Positions 62,770 through 64,000 of a stretch of 64,000 nucleotides of DNA are shown piece by piece. The notes below the pieces were generated by a model. It was not told the origin of the DNA. It was given only the letters and a program-made list of their open reading frames with translations, and ran no database searches. The translations under genes and the position numbers were made by a program. The first letter of the stretch is position 1, and every line of letters begins with the position of its first letter. This DNA is from Chiloscyllium plagiosum. Its lineage: Eukaryota. The DNA is taken from positions 82,329,953 to 82,393,952 of the forward strand of contig NC_057719.1 of the NCBI RefSeq assembly GCF_004010195.1, given 5' to 3'.

Positions 62770-63390
62770 TCAATCAAGTCCTGAGTCTAAATAAAGGAAA
62801 CTACAATGGTATGAGGTGTGAGTTGGCTACGATAAATTGGGGAACGTCACTCAAATGGCGGATAATGGCCGATAGGTAATGGCAATAGTTACTGCAAGAA
62901 TTTTTCATTTCTGTCTGACGCACAAAACACAGTAAAGGCGGCCCAACCATGACTAACAAGGAAAATTAGGTATAGTCCATTATAAAAGATTTAATGGCTA
63001 AGTTATGGAAAACAATGACAGGATCCGACAGAGTCAGGATGGATTTACAAAAGGAAACTCATGCTTGACAAATTAACTGGAATTTTTCAAAGGTTTAACT
63101 CATAGAGTTGACAAGGGGGTGCAAGTGGATATGGTTAACTTAGACTTTTGTAAGGTTTTCGATAAGGTCCCTCATAAAAGGTTAGCATGTGAAGGTAAAG
63201 CGCATTGGATTGGGGATAGTGCACTGACATGGTTAGAGAGCTGATTGGTATTCAGGACTGACGTATAAGGAGGGATTTGACTGGTTAGGACTAGCTTCAC
63301 AGGGGTTTAGAAGTATGAGGGGAGAATCTCATAGAAACTTATAAAATTTTATCAGGACTAGGTAAGATAAATACAGGAAGGATGTTCCCG
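62770..63390 (+). mobile_element. Old, deleted CR1 ORF2 fragment
   Basis: GFTKGNSCLTN.LEFF..DFCKVFDKVPH. Confidence 0.8.
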
Positions 63391-63789
63391 ATGACTGGCC
63401 AATTTTGCAGGACTGTTATGGTGGCCCAAGGAGGGGAAACCTGAGGCTCTCTCCTTCCAGTCAACACAATAGAGGCTGGGGGAGGGAGTAAAGTCAAGCG
63501 AAAACATCAAAACCAAGATTGTTTGGCCTGTATTTGTACTAAGGACTGCACAGCCAAGGCAGTGGATGGAGCTAAGATCCAAATCAGTCACAATCTAACT
63601 GAATGGCTGAGAATCCTGGGGAAGAGGGGCTGAATGGCCTCCTCCTTTTGTGTTCCAAGCTTGAATCATCTTACATTCCCTACTGTGTGCAAGAATGCCA
63701 TTCAGCCCATCAGGTCCACACTGACACTCCGAAGAGCATCTTATACAGACCACACATCTGCCTGTCCCAATATCTGCAACCCTGCATCC

Positions 63790-64000
63790 CAGTTCCTACC
63801 TTCCAGCTCAGCACCATCCTCATGACCTGTCCCATCTGTCCATCTTCCTTCCCATCTATCTGCTCCACCCTCCTCTCTGGCCTATCACCCTTACCACCAC
63901 TCCTCCATCCACCTATTGCACTCTCAGCTACCTTCCCCCCAGCCCCACAACCCCATCCCCCATTTATCTCTCCACCTCCGAGGGTCCCAGCCTCATCCCT
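63790..64000 (+). mobile_element. Penelope terminus running off the window
   Basis: Matches 1995-2125; ends at cctcatcCCT, where the hammerhead core would begin. Confidence 0.75.

Overview
Vertebrate genomic DNA, almost certainly an elasmobranch (shark-type HE1 SINEs and HER1/CR1 LINEs; organism is inferred), with four N gaps, all inside repeats. The only supportable protein-coding gene is a single-coding-exon class A GPCR on the minus strand (4403-5497) of the prolactin-releasing-peptide receptor family, best fitting the fish/non-mammalian PRLH2R (C-RFamide receptor) type. A candidate TATA promoter and non-coding exon 1 lie about 27 kb upstream (about 32.4 kb), next to a perfect 20 x 63-bp higher-order minisatellite. 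Most of the rest is transposon-derived: CR1/HER1 LINEs, an L2/Crack-like LINE, three or four SINE families, Gypsy and Harbinger fossils, a solo LTR, and many Penelope-like (PLE) fragments. The main hidden signal is that the PLE termini carry minimal hammerhead ribozyme cores (CUGAnGA-stem II-GAAA-palindrome-UH). About a dozen copies from several families are visible, with covarying stem II, often at the apex of fold-back inserts flanked by target-site duplications. The receptor's coding-exon acceptor is immediately followed by a perfect donor (CAG|GTGAGT), a recursive-splice-site signature. Repeat boundaries are approximate because they were read by eye.
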